Assembly (NCBI RefSeq): GCF_009914755.1 | Contig: NC_060927.1 | DNA: 64,000 nt | Direction: 5' to 3' (one strand) | Source: the human T2T-CHM13v2.0 reference genome, Homo sapiens | Shown here: positions 33,367 to 45,695 of the stretch, piece after piece | How the letters are laid out: each line of letters opens with the position of its first letter | How positions within the stretch are numbered: the stretch's first letter is position 1 | Notes under the pieces: model-generated | Database searches by the model: none | What the model saw: the letters and a program-made list of their open reading frames with translations, nothing else | What the model was told of the DNA's origin: nothing | Position numbers and translations under genes: made by a program

Positions 33367-36300
33367 TAATAGGCTGACAATAAATAAACCAACCCTCAAT
33401 AATAGCCTATTTTTATATTAAAAAAAAGAAATATGTAAAGTTGTTACATATTTTTAAAAGAACACTTTGCTTGCAACGGTATCATAATAGTTACATCTAT
33501 TTATGTTTAGTCATAATAATGACAGATTAATCATAATAAGCTTACTGATGTAAGAAACTTATATTCATCGAATCTGTTTCTGCAGTTATAGTTTAGTGAG
33601 TGTAATGAAGGGAAGATTCAAATCTTATGCTGAGAGAATCCTTGTTAATTCATTGACTTAAAGTCAATTTTAAATGGACTTTCTGAATATTATGATTTCC
33701 TAGTAATTTTTAAAATTCTTACCATAAAGTGGAAGAGAGATTATTCTCTAACCAATAAATGTTTTTATGCTTTGCAGGTTTTTATTTTGGAAAAGAGAGG
33801 AATAAAAAAAATGTATTTTGTGGAACTTTGCAGAACTATCTGTTCTACAAATCGTGTCCTAAAATATGACAACATATATAATAAATGTTTACACAAAGTG
33901 GTTAACCTATATAAAGTGGAAACTAGTTCTATACTTAAATGTACTAGTTAACTTTCTTTCTCATCTATTTAATTTCAGTACCATTTGAATATGTTTTCTT
34001 GAAATACAGAACACTATTTGAATATTTACTATAATAAGAGCCTTTGTTAATGTCACTATGGTGACATCAGAATGCATTGTATAGTCATATTGTGACTAAG
34101 GAGAGTGTGGGTGCCCAAAAGTTCAATATCAAGGCAGTGGAGTTTTCATTGCTGTTGTCATTGTTTGGTTTTGGGATTTTGGTTTATTTTTAAAGCTTGG
34201 AAGAAAGCTAAATTCCAGCTCCTATAATACTTTTCTTGTTAATGAGTAGTTTTGACCCAAGATTAATTTTACCTTTCTTCTATTTTGGTCCAAATATTCA
34301 TAGCCTTCTGATCATAAGCTTATTTAATCTTATCACATTTAAAACTATTACTTTGAAATTATCATAAGAAAAGTATAGACCACGTTTTCAAAAGTACAAC
34401 TATCTTTTCTGTCATCTAGCACCTCAATCTCTATACCTGTTTTCAAAGATATAATTCATAAAGTTATGCAGGTCAATTCCACATAACATCTGACAAATAG
34501 CTTTGTCACCCATCATTAATGGGTATATACATGTCAGTGAAGGGCAGCACTTTATGAGAATACTAAAATGTCTTAAATGTGGTATTGTTAGTCCTGGCAG
34601 ACAAGGAAAGAAAAAGAAATCTCTTCAAGGCTGGAGAGTTTAGATTCCTCAACTACAGTAAATAGATCCTGTCTATTTAACATCTTCTAGATTTTTGCAA
34701 AGTGAGCCTTGTTCTTCTTTTATGCAAGGGAACTTTTATCTTAGGAAAGGTTTTGCTGGATTTTTCAGTATCTGTTTTGGAGCTGACACTCAAGCCAAAT
34801 CCAAGAGTAATGTTAAATATAGATATTTTTCACTTCATTTACTTTTATTACATTTTTCTAGCTTACTTAAATTTACCCCAGGGCTGTTACATATAGGTAA
34901 GACATCTTCCTATATAACAAGCAAGAAGCTAAATATGAAACTTTGGCTGATATTGGCTAAGCTTTTGTGTAGAATGGATCTCAGAACTGCCACAATTTCT
35001 TTGATGAACTCACAGTTCCCATGAAAACTTCTGAGCCTTTAATGACTTTGTATTTTCTCACAATAGTATTTTAGCTTATGCTTATTTCACCTAAAACTTT
35101 TCTCTTCTACTTACCACATAAGACTTGACTTAAACATCAAATTATCCAAGAAGATGCCTCTGATCACATTCACTCAATAAAATTTTAGTCCTGTTAACTC
35201 CTACAGCTCTTACACTCAAAATCACATAGTTAGAAATTATATACTATCTGCTACTAAAGGTATTTTCACCCTTGCTTTGCTATTTCCATTTTACTTCTTG
35301 AGTACAAGGCCCATAATTCATATTTATTTGCATCCTCCTCAATATTAAGCACAATGACTTTCCATGAAAGTTAATTAACATGCATTGGATGATCCACATT
35401 TGATGATAAATTAAATCAAGCTCAGTTTGTAATTTCTAGATTAAAACTGGCAAATATTTACATGGTTCATGATAAACTTTTCTGAGATTCTAAATGTAAG
35501 CACATCCTTTGTTCTGATTCCTTTTTCTGTCAAAATTCTGAGTGGTTTATTACCCACTATCTATAGTATAATAATAGTTTGTTATTTAACCAATAGTAGG
35601 ACCAGTTATAGAAATTAGAATTAGCAAATAATTATTTTTTATGCAAATATGTGTTCACAAAACAAGTTGATGTTTTAACAATGATTTAGTTAGAATTTTT
35701 TTAACTGGCAAAAGTAATTTACATTCCTGCCTCCAAAAATAGCTTAAAATGACATAAATTTTGGAATTGTCTAACATCAAAAACATGACTGGAGTTAATT
35801 AAGTCATATGAAAATATTGAGAACCAAGCACCAGTCAGTTATTTCCCAGATTTTGTGAATTAGGTGCCGTGAGGGTTTGGCTGAAGACTCCCAACTCAAT
35901 AAAGGCAAAGCAGTAAGGTGCCATAATTATAATAAACTCACTAACAGACCACTGATTTCTATTAGAACAAGTATGCTAGGTCCATAGTTTGTCCCATATA
36001 CAAAAAATAAACTGATATTTTAAGAGATTACAATAATAAGTGAAAGTTTATTGTTGAAAATGTTGCATTTCGCTACCTAAACAGGCTCAAAAAAAAATTA
36101 ATAGAAAAAAAAACCACATTAGTAGACTAAAATTAAATCATGGATTAGATCTCCTGGTTACGAATATACTTCAACCTTGAAAGGATACATGATTTTGAAT
36201 TTATAAGCATGCTAGCATCATGGTAATATTATATTATATTATATTTTATGTTAATTTCCAGTGATGATAACAATAATGAAGCTGCAGCAAATGTTAGGAA

Positions 36301-37659
36301 TAATGACTCTCAGAAATGGACAGGTTTTCAAAACTCCAAAGTCATTGCCTTTATATGTCTTCAGTGATTACTATTAAAGATCTAGATGACCAACTATTTT
36401 TAACATGAAACATTACATCTTTGGATTCATTTACAAACAGTGAGCTTTTAAAATATTTCATACCATCACCAACCTGAAGTATTTCAAAGCTGAGCATAGG
36501 GAAAGTAACACAATCTCCAAAAGTTATATATACATGTATGATATGTATCTGAGACTGTGAATGAAGTCCTCCTAATGTTTATCTTATCAGATTTGCATAT
36601 TCTGGGACAGTTGCATTTCAATATCTAGAATGAAAGGCTTTTTCAATATTGTAATTGTCAGTGGAAACCAAGGCATAATAATCGTATTAGAAAATCATAC
36701 TTAATTATAGTACTTACAAAGATGGAAAGCATTCTTGAAAGTGTAATTCCAGGACTGATATTCTAAAACAAATTTACATAAACTTAGTGGTCATTATGTA
36801 TCTAGCATGCTAGCATGAATTGTCCTTTATGGTTAACTATCCATATTTGTATTAGCAGTAGTTTTGGCTTACTCAAAGAAATATAAGAAAGTCAACATTG
36901 ATTTTAGTGGTATGAATGACTTATATTTTAAGATTGTAGATTTTTTAAAGTTCAACATTATAAGTCATAATAATGACATTTTGATAACATTTTAAATAAT
37001 AATATATTTTTAAAATAATAAATATATTAAAATTATTTTAAAATGATATTTTTAAAATATAAGTAATGCACAATGAGTTATTCCCATTATTTTTGGTCTC
37101 TTCCTTTTAGAAGTGATTCACAGAAAGGCTTCAAGATTTGCCGTAGAACTCAAAAAGTATTGAGTGATACTTACAGCAGTCAGCAATATGATATCACCCT
37201 GAGCGAGATAGGTTTTTATAGAAGGAACCTGTTAAACTCAGTTCATGCTTTTGCATAATGAAGATTTGCCGTGTCCACAGGCATGTTTATTTGGGATGAC
37301 AAGCTTAAATTAAACCATCATATATCCTTCAATAGCTTTCCTTTTGGAATAGGTCCACCCCCCAGAAAGCTGCCATACATATCTAGACTAGTATGTATAT
37401 TGCCGCAGACACAATGGACTCTAACAGGATAAGAATATCACAGTGCTGCTGCGGTAGGTCATCAGTGAAGCATGTAATGGAAAAGCAGTGAGACTAATCC
37501 ACAGTTGCAAAAATAGAGTTGTAAAATAATTTAGGCCAAGTTAGTTTCTAAAAATATTGAGAAATGGGTTTCATGTCCTTTCGATATGTGTATTTTTAGG
37601 CTGTTTATTTTAATAGTGCAAAATCTTAGCTATGAAAGTGTTGCTTTCAAAATATGCCA

Positions 37660-37894
37660 CAGAGTGTAATGGTTAAGAGCTCAGACTGCCGTGAAACAGA
37701 CTTTGGTTTGAGTCTATTGGTGGCTTATAATTGCTATAAGCTTGGGCAAGTTACTTAAACATGATAAATCTTTATTTCTGTGTTCATAAATTTTGCATGG
37801 TAATAATACCAACTTAACAGAGGGCGTCTAAGACTTATGTGAGATAAATAATGTAAAGTGCTTGGCATAGTGTCTGGAAAACAGTAATTGTTGA
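37660..37894 (+). mobile_element. MIR
   Basis: GTGTAATGGTTAAGAGC; core CTTGGGCAAGTTACTTAA; ATGTAAAGTGCTTGGCATAGTGTCTGG. Confidence 0.9.
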
Positions 37895-39269
37895 ATAAAT
37901 GTTACGTATCTGTAAGATGGTAGATGAAAAGAGTTCACAGTTGACAGAGTGATAAAGCCAACACAATGATACTTATTTACTAAAATCAGTCTTCTCAATT
38001 CAGTAACATTATGTGCAGTCCTCTCTTTCAAAATAGAAACAAGTAAACTGCAGGTTATTTTCAATCATTATCTGTGTACATGGATGTTTTCCACAAACCA
38101 TCAAGTAAAATGTGTGGTGATTTAAGCATAAATACTTCCAAGAAAACCACATTAGCTATATTGTGAAGACTGTCCTCAAAGATTGAGTTATGGACAATTT
38201 ATATTGAGTAATTTAATAATCTTGATTTAGTTCTTTATATGAGGAAAAAGTTACATATTTGTTTCAGCATTTAAATAAATGTAATATCCAAAATTATATC
38301 AAATACTGGTTTGGAAGCTAGATTTTGTTCATTAATACTTTAAATTGTTTAAAGTCTCCATCATTTCACACCAAATTTTCTTTTCCAAATTTCTATGGAA
38401 CCATGCACAGTAAAAATGCAATCTAAATAGTGCCCTATGTTAATAAAGAGAATACATTAGTGAAAATTAAGAAACTTGAGTAAAGCTCAATTTGAGTAAA
38501 GCTGTGTGACAAATGTAGGATTTATGCTAATTATGTTATAGAATGATACATTTTAGTGAAAATGATTTAAATTGATTAAAATTTATAATATAATTATATT
38601 GGCTTAGACCTAATGCATTGTAGTTTGAACTGACTCTAGAGAAAAGTGAGCACAAGCACATCTGGGAAAGGGTGTAGAACATGCTAGAGACTTATCCAAT
38701 CTCTCAGAGGGAGTGAATGACTGAATGAATCTGGGTTTAGGATCTGAGCTTTGAGGATGGAGTCTGTACCATGGCTTGCTGGAATAGGAAATCTTACAGA
38801 CAACATATCTTCTTTTGTTTAACTTTTCTAAGTGTCTCATAGTGATGTTTTCTTCAATGCTTTTTATTTTAGCAATAACCAAATGAATATGTGACCTTAT
38901 TTTTTTAACAACATTTTTAGTCTAAATCCATTCTCAGGGAAAGGACGTACTCTGCCTGCTCCACTCATTTTCACCTATGACTTTGGGACATGGGTGCACT
39001 TAATTTAATGCCAATCTAAGTAACCTAGGTAAGAAATATAGTCTATATTTTTCTTCTATTATCCAGAATTGAATAATAGATTAATGATAATCTCCTTTTC
39101 AAGGCATATATTCACCACCGGTCCATGCATGGCCTACTTTTGTTTGTTTGTTTAAAAGTACCTGATCCAATGCAAAATCTCAATTAGTGACAGTCTTTAG
39201 GAAGAATGTGTTAATGGTCCTAATGGAGAGGCTTGTTATGTTATAAAATCTAAAACAAGATTTATCTTT

Positions 39270-39730
39270 GTCAGTGAGTTCTGGAAGAGTTTCTCTGAGA
39301 AAGTAATACTTGTGGCAAGATCTGAAGGATGAATAAGAGTTTACAATGTGGAGAGGGGAAGAGAACAGCATAATGGGTATGGAAGAGAACATTTTCAAGT
39401 TGCCTACTTCATTGAGAGGAAGCACAGCAAGTACAGACATCTGAAAGATGGCCATTGGGCTGGGGTGAAAAGAGGGAAAGCAAGGGTGGTATCAGATGGA
39501 CTAAAAGATAGAAGTAAAGATCCAACCATTCTGGGCATTCTTGGCTATGTTAAATGTTTGTTTTTATTTCAAGAACAATGGAAAGCCATCAGAGTTTTAT
39601 GTAAGGTTTGACACAATCATATATGCATTTTAAAAAGGAATCTTTGGTCATAATTTGGCAGAGATGCAATTGAAGCTATTACTAGGTTATTGCTATAGTC
39701 CATGCAGAAAGGGATGGTAGGCTGGGCTGA
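39270..39730 (-). mobile_element. L2 fragment
   Basis: GATCTGAAGGATGAATAAGAGTT; TGGAAAGCCAT; TGCATTTTAAAAAG. Confidence 0.75.
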
Positions 39731-40463
39731 TATTTTACCAGTAAATTAAAAGAAAAAGGCTGTATTTTGCAATTTTTGAAAGTAACTAAAATTATGTTTT
39801 AAAAATTCTAACACCACCACGTCTTTCTATGTCTACAAATATATCACTGGCATATGAAATGCTTAAAGTAATTACATTGTTTGTGATACTATTTAAGTCT
39901 CATGGATTGCTACATGGTAACCACTGAAAATAAAATTTTTGAATGACTGGAAATAAATTCATCGAACAAAAAGTGCTACTTTATTTAAGCAAGAACAAGT
40001 ATACTACAAGTCACTGGCAATTACAACACAACATTGAAAAACTGTACTTAATTGTCAAGGATAAATTTGACCTATACTTCAAATTATGTGTAAACAATAG
40101 CAGATTACTCAATAGAACAACTACTGAGAGTCCAATTATATTGTAACGAATTCTATGCTGCCTATTTGAAATAATTTTTTCTCAAAGCACAGAACTTTAA
40201 ATAGCAATAGCTATTAACTCTTGCTATTAGTAACAGCTAACCTCTAAAACTACTGTGAAATTATTAAATATTAAAACATTCCAACAGCTGAAAAATAAGA
40301 ACTATTTAAAAAGTAATGTGACCAAGTGAGCAGTACTTATCACTAGTAGTAAAAATATGTATAGGTTCCAGTCCAAACCTTATGGATAAATACTTATGTA
40401 ACAGATACTTATGGAGTACTTATCATTAGATATATAATTTAGTTTTTTAGTGATTACCTAGGA

Positions 40464-40679
40464 TAGCACTTCCCAATGAAACTCTCTGGTATAATATAAA
40501 TGTCTTATATTTGTGCTGCCCACTATGATAACCCCTAGTGACATATGACTACTGAGCACTTGAAATATGTCTAGGATGACTAAGGATCTAAATTTTAAAA
40601 AATTATTTAATTTTAGTTAATTTACATTTAAATTCAAATAGTAATAAGTGGCTAGTGATGGCTGTGTTAGATAACAAAG
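40464..40679 (+). mobile_element. MER3 (hAT-Charlie)
   Basis: CTGAGCACTTGAAATATGTCTAG..GACTAAGGA.CTAAATTTT..TTATTTAATTTTAGTTAATTTA..TTTAAAT..GTGGCTAGTG. Confidence 0.85.
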
Positions 40680-41094
40680 ATCGAGGAGATTCAACTTCCT
40701 CAATATTTAAACGTTGAAATTTATGGATGGAAAAAAAATGCCTTTCTCTAGGTCATAGAATGAAGACAATTCAGCTATTTGGTATCTAGAAATTTCTCAT
40801 TGATTTAAGTAACTTGTAACACATTTTATAATTTTGATACTGTTAATACAATGGAAAGTCAGAAAAAAATTGTGTCAAAGATAGCTTATAGACGAGTGAG
40901 AGATTAGCTACACCTTGAATTATTACTGTGAAGAATAGTTCTTGGATCATTCAGGGAAGATTGATTAAAATAACTTTTGTCTTTTGTTGTTGATGTTCTT
41001 GTCCTTATTGTTGAGAATGACTATTCTAGAGATGAGCTGCATTTTAAAAAATTGATAGTAATCTATAGACCATAACCTAAGTAAGCATATTTCT

Positions 41095-41643
41095 TGTATT
41101 AGCCCAAATATTAATGGCTTACATCAATATTCATTTATTACTTCAAATTATCTGTAGGTCAGGAAACTGGGAGTGGCTTAGCAGAGTCCTCTGCATTAAA
41201 TTCTCTCACAAGGCTGCATTCAAGGTCTTGGCTGGAACCGCACTCTCATTAGGGATGAATCTATAGATACTTCAAAGCTCAGTCATGCAGTTTTGCCAGG
41301 TTTCAATTTCTCAGAAACTGGACTGAGGGTCTCCATTCTTTGCTGGCTGTTGTCTGATGCTACCCTCAGCTCCTTTCCTAGTGGGTTCCTCTACAGGGCA
41401 GCTCACAACATGGAAGCTTGTTTCATCAGATCAAAAGAGTAAGAAATGCCAAAGAGATAGAGATTGTGAACAAGATGGAAATGACATTTTTTTATGGCTT
41501 AATTCCAGAAGTGACATCCCATATCTTTTACTTCAGAAGCAAATCACTTGGTTCAGTTCACACAAAAGAGGATAGGATTACAAACGAGCACACTCTCAGG
41601 AGTTGGGGATGATTGGTTGCCTTTTCATAAGATACTCATCACA
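41095..41643 (-). mobile_element. MLT1E/F-like MaLR LTR
   Basis: CTGTAGGTCAGGAA.CTGGGAGTGGCTTAGC; GGGCAGCTCACAACATGG; GAAGTGACATCCCAT. Confidence 0.85.
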
Positions 41644-41794
41644 TTCACCTAACTAAGGTGACAAAGAATTTTGTGGGAAGCATATGATATTTCCAGATAT
41701 TTATCTGAAGCCCCCTAAAGTACTTTTGCTTTAAATGTTAAAAAACCTCACTTAGATAGGAGAAATAACTTCAATTTTTTTTTTTAGATCAGTT

Positions 41795-42035
41795 GCCCAG
41801 CATGGCGAATAGAGAATAATTTAGTACTGTACATTTCAGTACTAAGAGAGTATATTTCAAATGCTCTCATCACAAAAGATGGTAAATATTTGAGATAATA
41901 GATATGTTAATTGGCTTGATTTAATCATTTTACATTTATTAAAAATCATAATATCACTTTGTACCCCATATACAACTAGAATTTGGTGACATATAATAAA
42001 AAGCTTTTTAAAAATCTTTAATAAAATAAAACAAA
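41795..42035 (+). mobile_element. L1MA 3' end
   Basis: GATATGTTAATTGGCTTGATTTAATCATT; ATCACTTTGTACCCCATA; A-rich tail. Confidence 0.8.
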
Positions 42036-42382
42036 TGAAAGACTGCAAAGACACTGATGTGATTTTTTTCAACAGTAAATTCACATTGACAACTCCAATT
42101 CCATAAATATCAGTTCTTGACATTGTCAGGTGTGCTTGATATGGTGTCAGTTGCTGAATGAGAAGTGAAAGCTGGCAACGTTCTACTACAGGAAGTATCA
42201 GTTATCCAGTCCTGAACACCATTTGTTGTGTTTTATTTAGCATTGTCCAATAGCTCCATTGTTTGCAACCTCCTCTTATTGCAAAGATGATGATCTGATG
42301 TCTTTGCAACAAATTGCCCACAGTTCTGTACAGACTACTTGTCTGGCACAAGGGTTAACTTTGAGTTAAGAACGGGCTTATT

Positions 42383-42692
42383 GGCCGGGCGCGGTGGCTC
42401 ATGCCTGTAATCCCAGCGCTTTGGGAGGCCGAGGCGGGCAGATCACGAGGTCAGGATATCGAGACCATCCTGGCTAACATGGTGAAACCCCCTCTCTACT
42501 GAAAAAAAAAAAGACAAAAAATTAGCTGGGCGTGGTGGCGGGTGCCTGTAGTCCCAGCTACTTGGGAGGCTGAGGCAGGAGAATGGCGTGAACCTGGGGG
42601 GCAGAGCTTTCAGTGAGCCTAGATGGCGCCACTGCACTCCAGCCTGGGCGACAGAGCGAGACTCTCTCAAAAAAAAAAAAAAAAAAAAAAAA
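42383..42692 (+). mobile_element. AluY
   Basis: AluY diagnostics GAGACCATCCTGGCTAAC and GAATGGCGTGAACC; A tail; degenerate TSD AAGAACGGGCTTATT / AAGAATAGGCTTGCT. Confidence 0.96.
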
Positions 42693-42756
42693 GAATAGGC
42701 TTGCTAGCTTTTCCTCTAGTATGAGGAAAGTAATTATACAATTTTCTATTCTAGGA

Positions 42757-43119
42757 CAGGGGTCCCCAATCCTCAGGCCAAAGACCAGTACCCGTTTGTG
42801 GCCTGTTAGGAACTGGGCTGTACAGTAGGAGGTGAGCAGCAGGGGAGTGGGCATTACTGCCTGACCTCTGCCTCCTGTCAGATCAGCAGCAGCATTAGAT
42901 TCTCATAGGAGCGCGAACCCTACTGTGAATGGCGCATGCAAGGGATCTAGGTTGCCACACTCCTTATGAGAATCTACTAACTCCTGGTGATCTGAGGTGG
43001 AACAGTTTCATCATCAAACCATTCCCCTGGTACCCCCTCCTGCCTGTCCCCCACTTTACAGTGAAAAAATTTTCTTCCATGAAACCAGTCCCTGGTGCCA
43101 AAAAGGTTGGGGACCGCTG
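42757..43119 (+). mobile_element. MER1B (hAT-Charlie), full length
   Basis: TIRs CAGGGGTCCCCAA / TTGGGGACCGCTG; perfect 8-bp TSD TTCTAGGA (42749-42756, 43120-43127). Confidence 0.95.
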
Positions 43120-44989
43120 TTCTAGGAGACTGGTTATACATACAAAATGTCTTTAATTACAAAAGGAATCCACATGTTCCATTTCCTGTGAATTTTGGCT
43201 AGAGATTTTCTAAAGAGTTGAAAATTATGCATCCTTGAAATGGCAGAATTTAACTGCTAATATGCTACTAATTATATGTTGTATTATTCTAAAAAGATAA
43301 GAGAGGGATTTAAGTAGGAGATATGCATAAGATGCAAATTTCATATCAGTTTTTACAGGATAGTGTTGTAAAATAATTAAGATCAAATACTTGAAATGAC
43401 ATAATTATATCTATCATGTCCTTTCATTTAGAAACTGTTAGCTCCCGTGGAGCTCTATGTTTCCTTAATCACTTTGCAACATTTCGGCCTAGTGAGCTTA
43501 CTACCCTGTTTTTCTCTGAGTCCTTCTCTAGCTTTCTAAATTTAAATACTCTCCAATCTTTTATCTATTTTTGTAACTCTTTCCTCCCACTTCTTCTGCT
43601 TTGGGCTCATCTCCTCACGTCCAACCTAAATTCCTTGAGCTTGAGTCCTTCCCTAGCTTTCTAAATTTAAGGGTGCCTTAAGATCAAAACTTCAGCTTTT
43701 TGCTCTTCTTTGTCTAGACTGTTTAGTTATTGTCTCTTGAGGAAGTTATCTGCTTCAATGATCATTTCTGATGACTCTCAGATCTACACATTCAGCATTG
43801 CCATCATCTTTCCTAAGTTTAGCATGTACAACTGCATGCTAAGTATCTGCAATTGAACAAATCAGTGTTACCTGAACTAAAAAATGAGATAGCACAGAAT
43901 GACAGTAACATATAATTGGCGTGGGAAGAGTAAACAAACTTTTCTTTTAAGCTTTTTTCCCCTCTGTCAAATAGCATATTTCTTTTAGCAAAGTTTAAAA
44001 GTTCCCTACATCTCTTGACTCAAAACATTGCAGTTATGTGACATTCCTTATTCCAAGTTTTCTTTAAATTCTAGTCAAAACACTTTTGAAATCATTATGT
44101 GAGCCTGGCAAAGTATATACAAATAAACAAGATTAGCCAGACAAACTCTAAGAAAGAATGATAATAGGGATACGCCATATATGTTATCGTAGCTGTTTTT
44201 AAGTTTAATTTATGTTCTATAAACACTGGTGCAATAGAAAATAATTTTTAAACAAAATAATTAATTGAGGAAATCAAAAAGGAAAGGTGTGTATTGGCTG
44301 GGCTGTAAAAAAAAAAGTTTTGTCAATGAAAAATCAAAAACAAATTGAAAAGGCCAACAATCGCACAAGCAGAAACCATTTCCCATCATTATTTTATATA
44401 CTATATCAACAACCTGTGAGAGTGGCTCTCTTATAACGATCTCACTAGTATTATATATGAGTATTTTTAAAAGAAATACCTCTAGCAGATGGTATCTTTT
44501 AAAAGTTTCTTGTTAATAAGTAGGTTAAGAAAATATTGCTCCATGCTCAATTAGGTAGTTAGCTGCAGAGATGTCTAAAGAAGGTTGAACAATTTAAAAG
44601 CAAAACTGTTCTAAGCTCTAATTTTGCCAGAGTCAGAGAGAGTTGGGCGTTCTTTTTAAAAAAACAAAACAAAACTGTTTTGTTGTTTTTGTTGTTGTTG
44701 AGATTTTGGTGTTCTAACATTGGTCAGAAGTTAACTGCATCTTGTAAATGAGTAGAATACTAATACTATTACTTTGAAACAGCTCCATTAACTTAGAGGA
44801 GCATAGAAGCTCAGTAGAGAGAGCCTGACTCTGAACAGTGTTACTGTTTATAGAAAAATAACCCAGGGGGATTCAGAAATGACCTAAGTATAATATACAG
44901 GGAAAGTAAACTAAGACTATCATGTATCTGTTGTTGAGAAACAACTAATATCTCATATTCTGTACAATCAGGGCTTTCTAAGCAAAAAT

Positions 44990-45370
44990 TACTGGGAATC
45001 AGGATTAAGAGATGTTTGAATGGTAAACAGGCCTACGACCCATCTCCCCTGGAGCCATTTATTTACATTCCAAAGGGTTGCAAACATCTAGGGATTTTTC
45101 TCGCCTCCCTCGGAGAGGATATGTTTGTTAGAAACAGAATTTCTTCTCTCTGGAGAGAAAGAGGGGCTGCTGTGCAGCTGTTTCTATATAAGCTGCGAAA
45201 TGTATAATCTTAGTGATCCTCTCTTCTCCTAGAGACTCTATATGTACAGAGTTCATCTTCCCTCATCACGTCACCTTGAGGAAGAGAAGGGGGCATGGGA
45301 AACTTGTGTCATTATTGTTTTAAAAAATAATGGGACTGATCTTTGGTGCAGAAACCTTGTATTTGCTCTC
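44990..45370 (+). mobile_element. Possible ancient LTR fragment (LTR78/79-like)
   Basis: TTTACATTCCA, CTCCCTCGGAGAGGAT..GTTT, TATATAAGC, ATAATCTTAGTG.TCCTCTC; recalled similarity only. Confidence 0.4.
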
Positions 45371-45695
45371 AAGTTAAATACATATTTAAGCTGTATCATC
45401 TGTTTGTGTCATTTGTGAATATTAAAAGGTACACAGAACTAGAATGTAGAGTGTGATTCTCTCTTTTGTTGTTAGTAATAGTGGTTCCAACTTATTATTT
45501 ATTCTTACAGTCACAGAGTGTGTAAATACTACTACTTGTTTGCATAGCACTGTGGGCACTCTGGGTTTCATATGTCTTTAGAGACTACAGAGCTTTTAAG
45601 AGAGGGGAATTGCTAACAAACGTGGAAGCAAAAGAGACCAAATTAAAACAAAAACAAAACAGTAACATTACTTCCGGGTATTTGAGCCATGACGC

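Noticed and set aside
36206-36816. AGCATGCTAGCAT at 36206-36218 and 36804-36816, possible TSD or p53-family site
   Set aside because: No recognisable element between the copies and no full RRRCWWGYYY pair; cannot be separated from chance
36985-37062. AT-rich quasi-palindrome
   Set aside because: Short low-complexity tract; self-complementarity is expected at this A+T content
42279-42309. Box C (ATGATGA) and box D (CTGA) enclosed by a terminal stem, snoRNA-like
   Set aside because: Only 1 nt separates the boxes, leaving no room for guide sequence or a kink-turn; most likely coincidental
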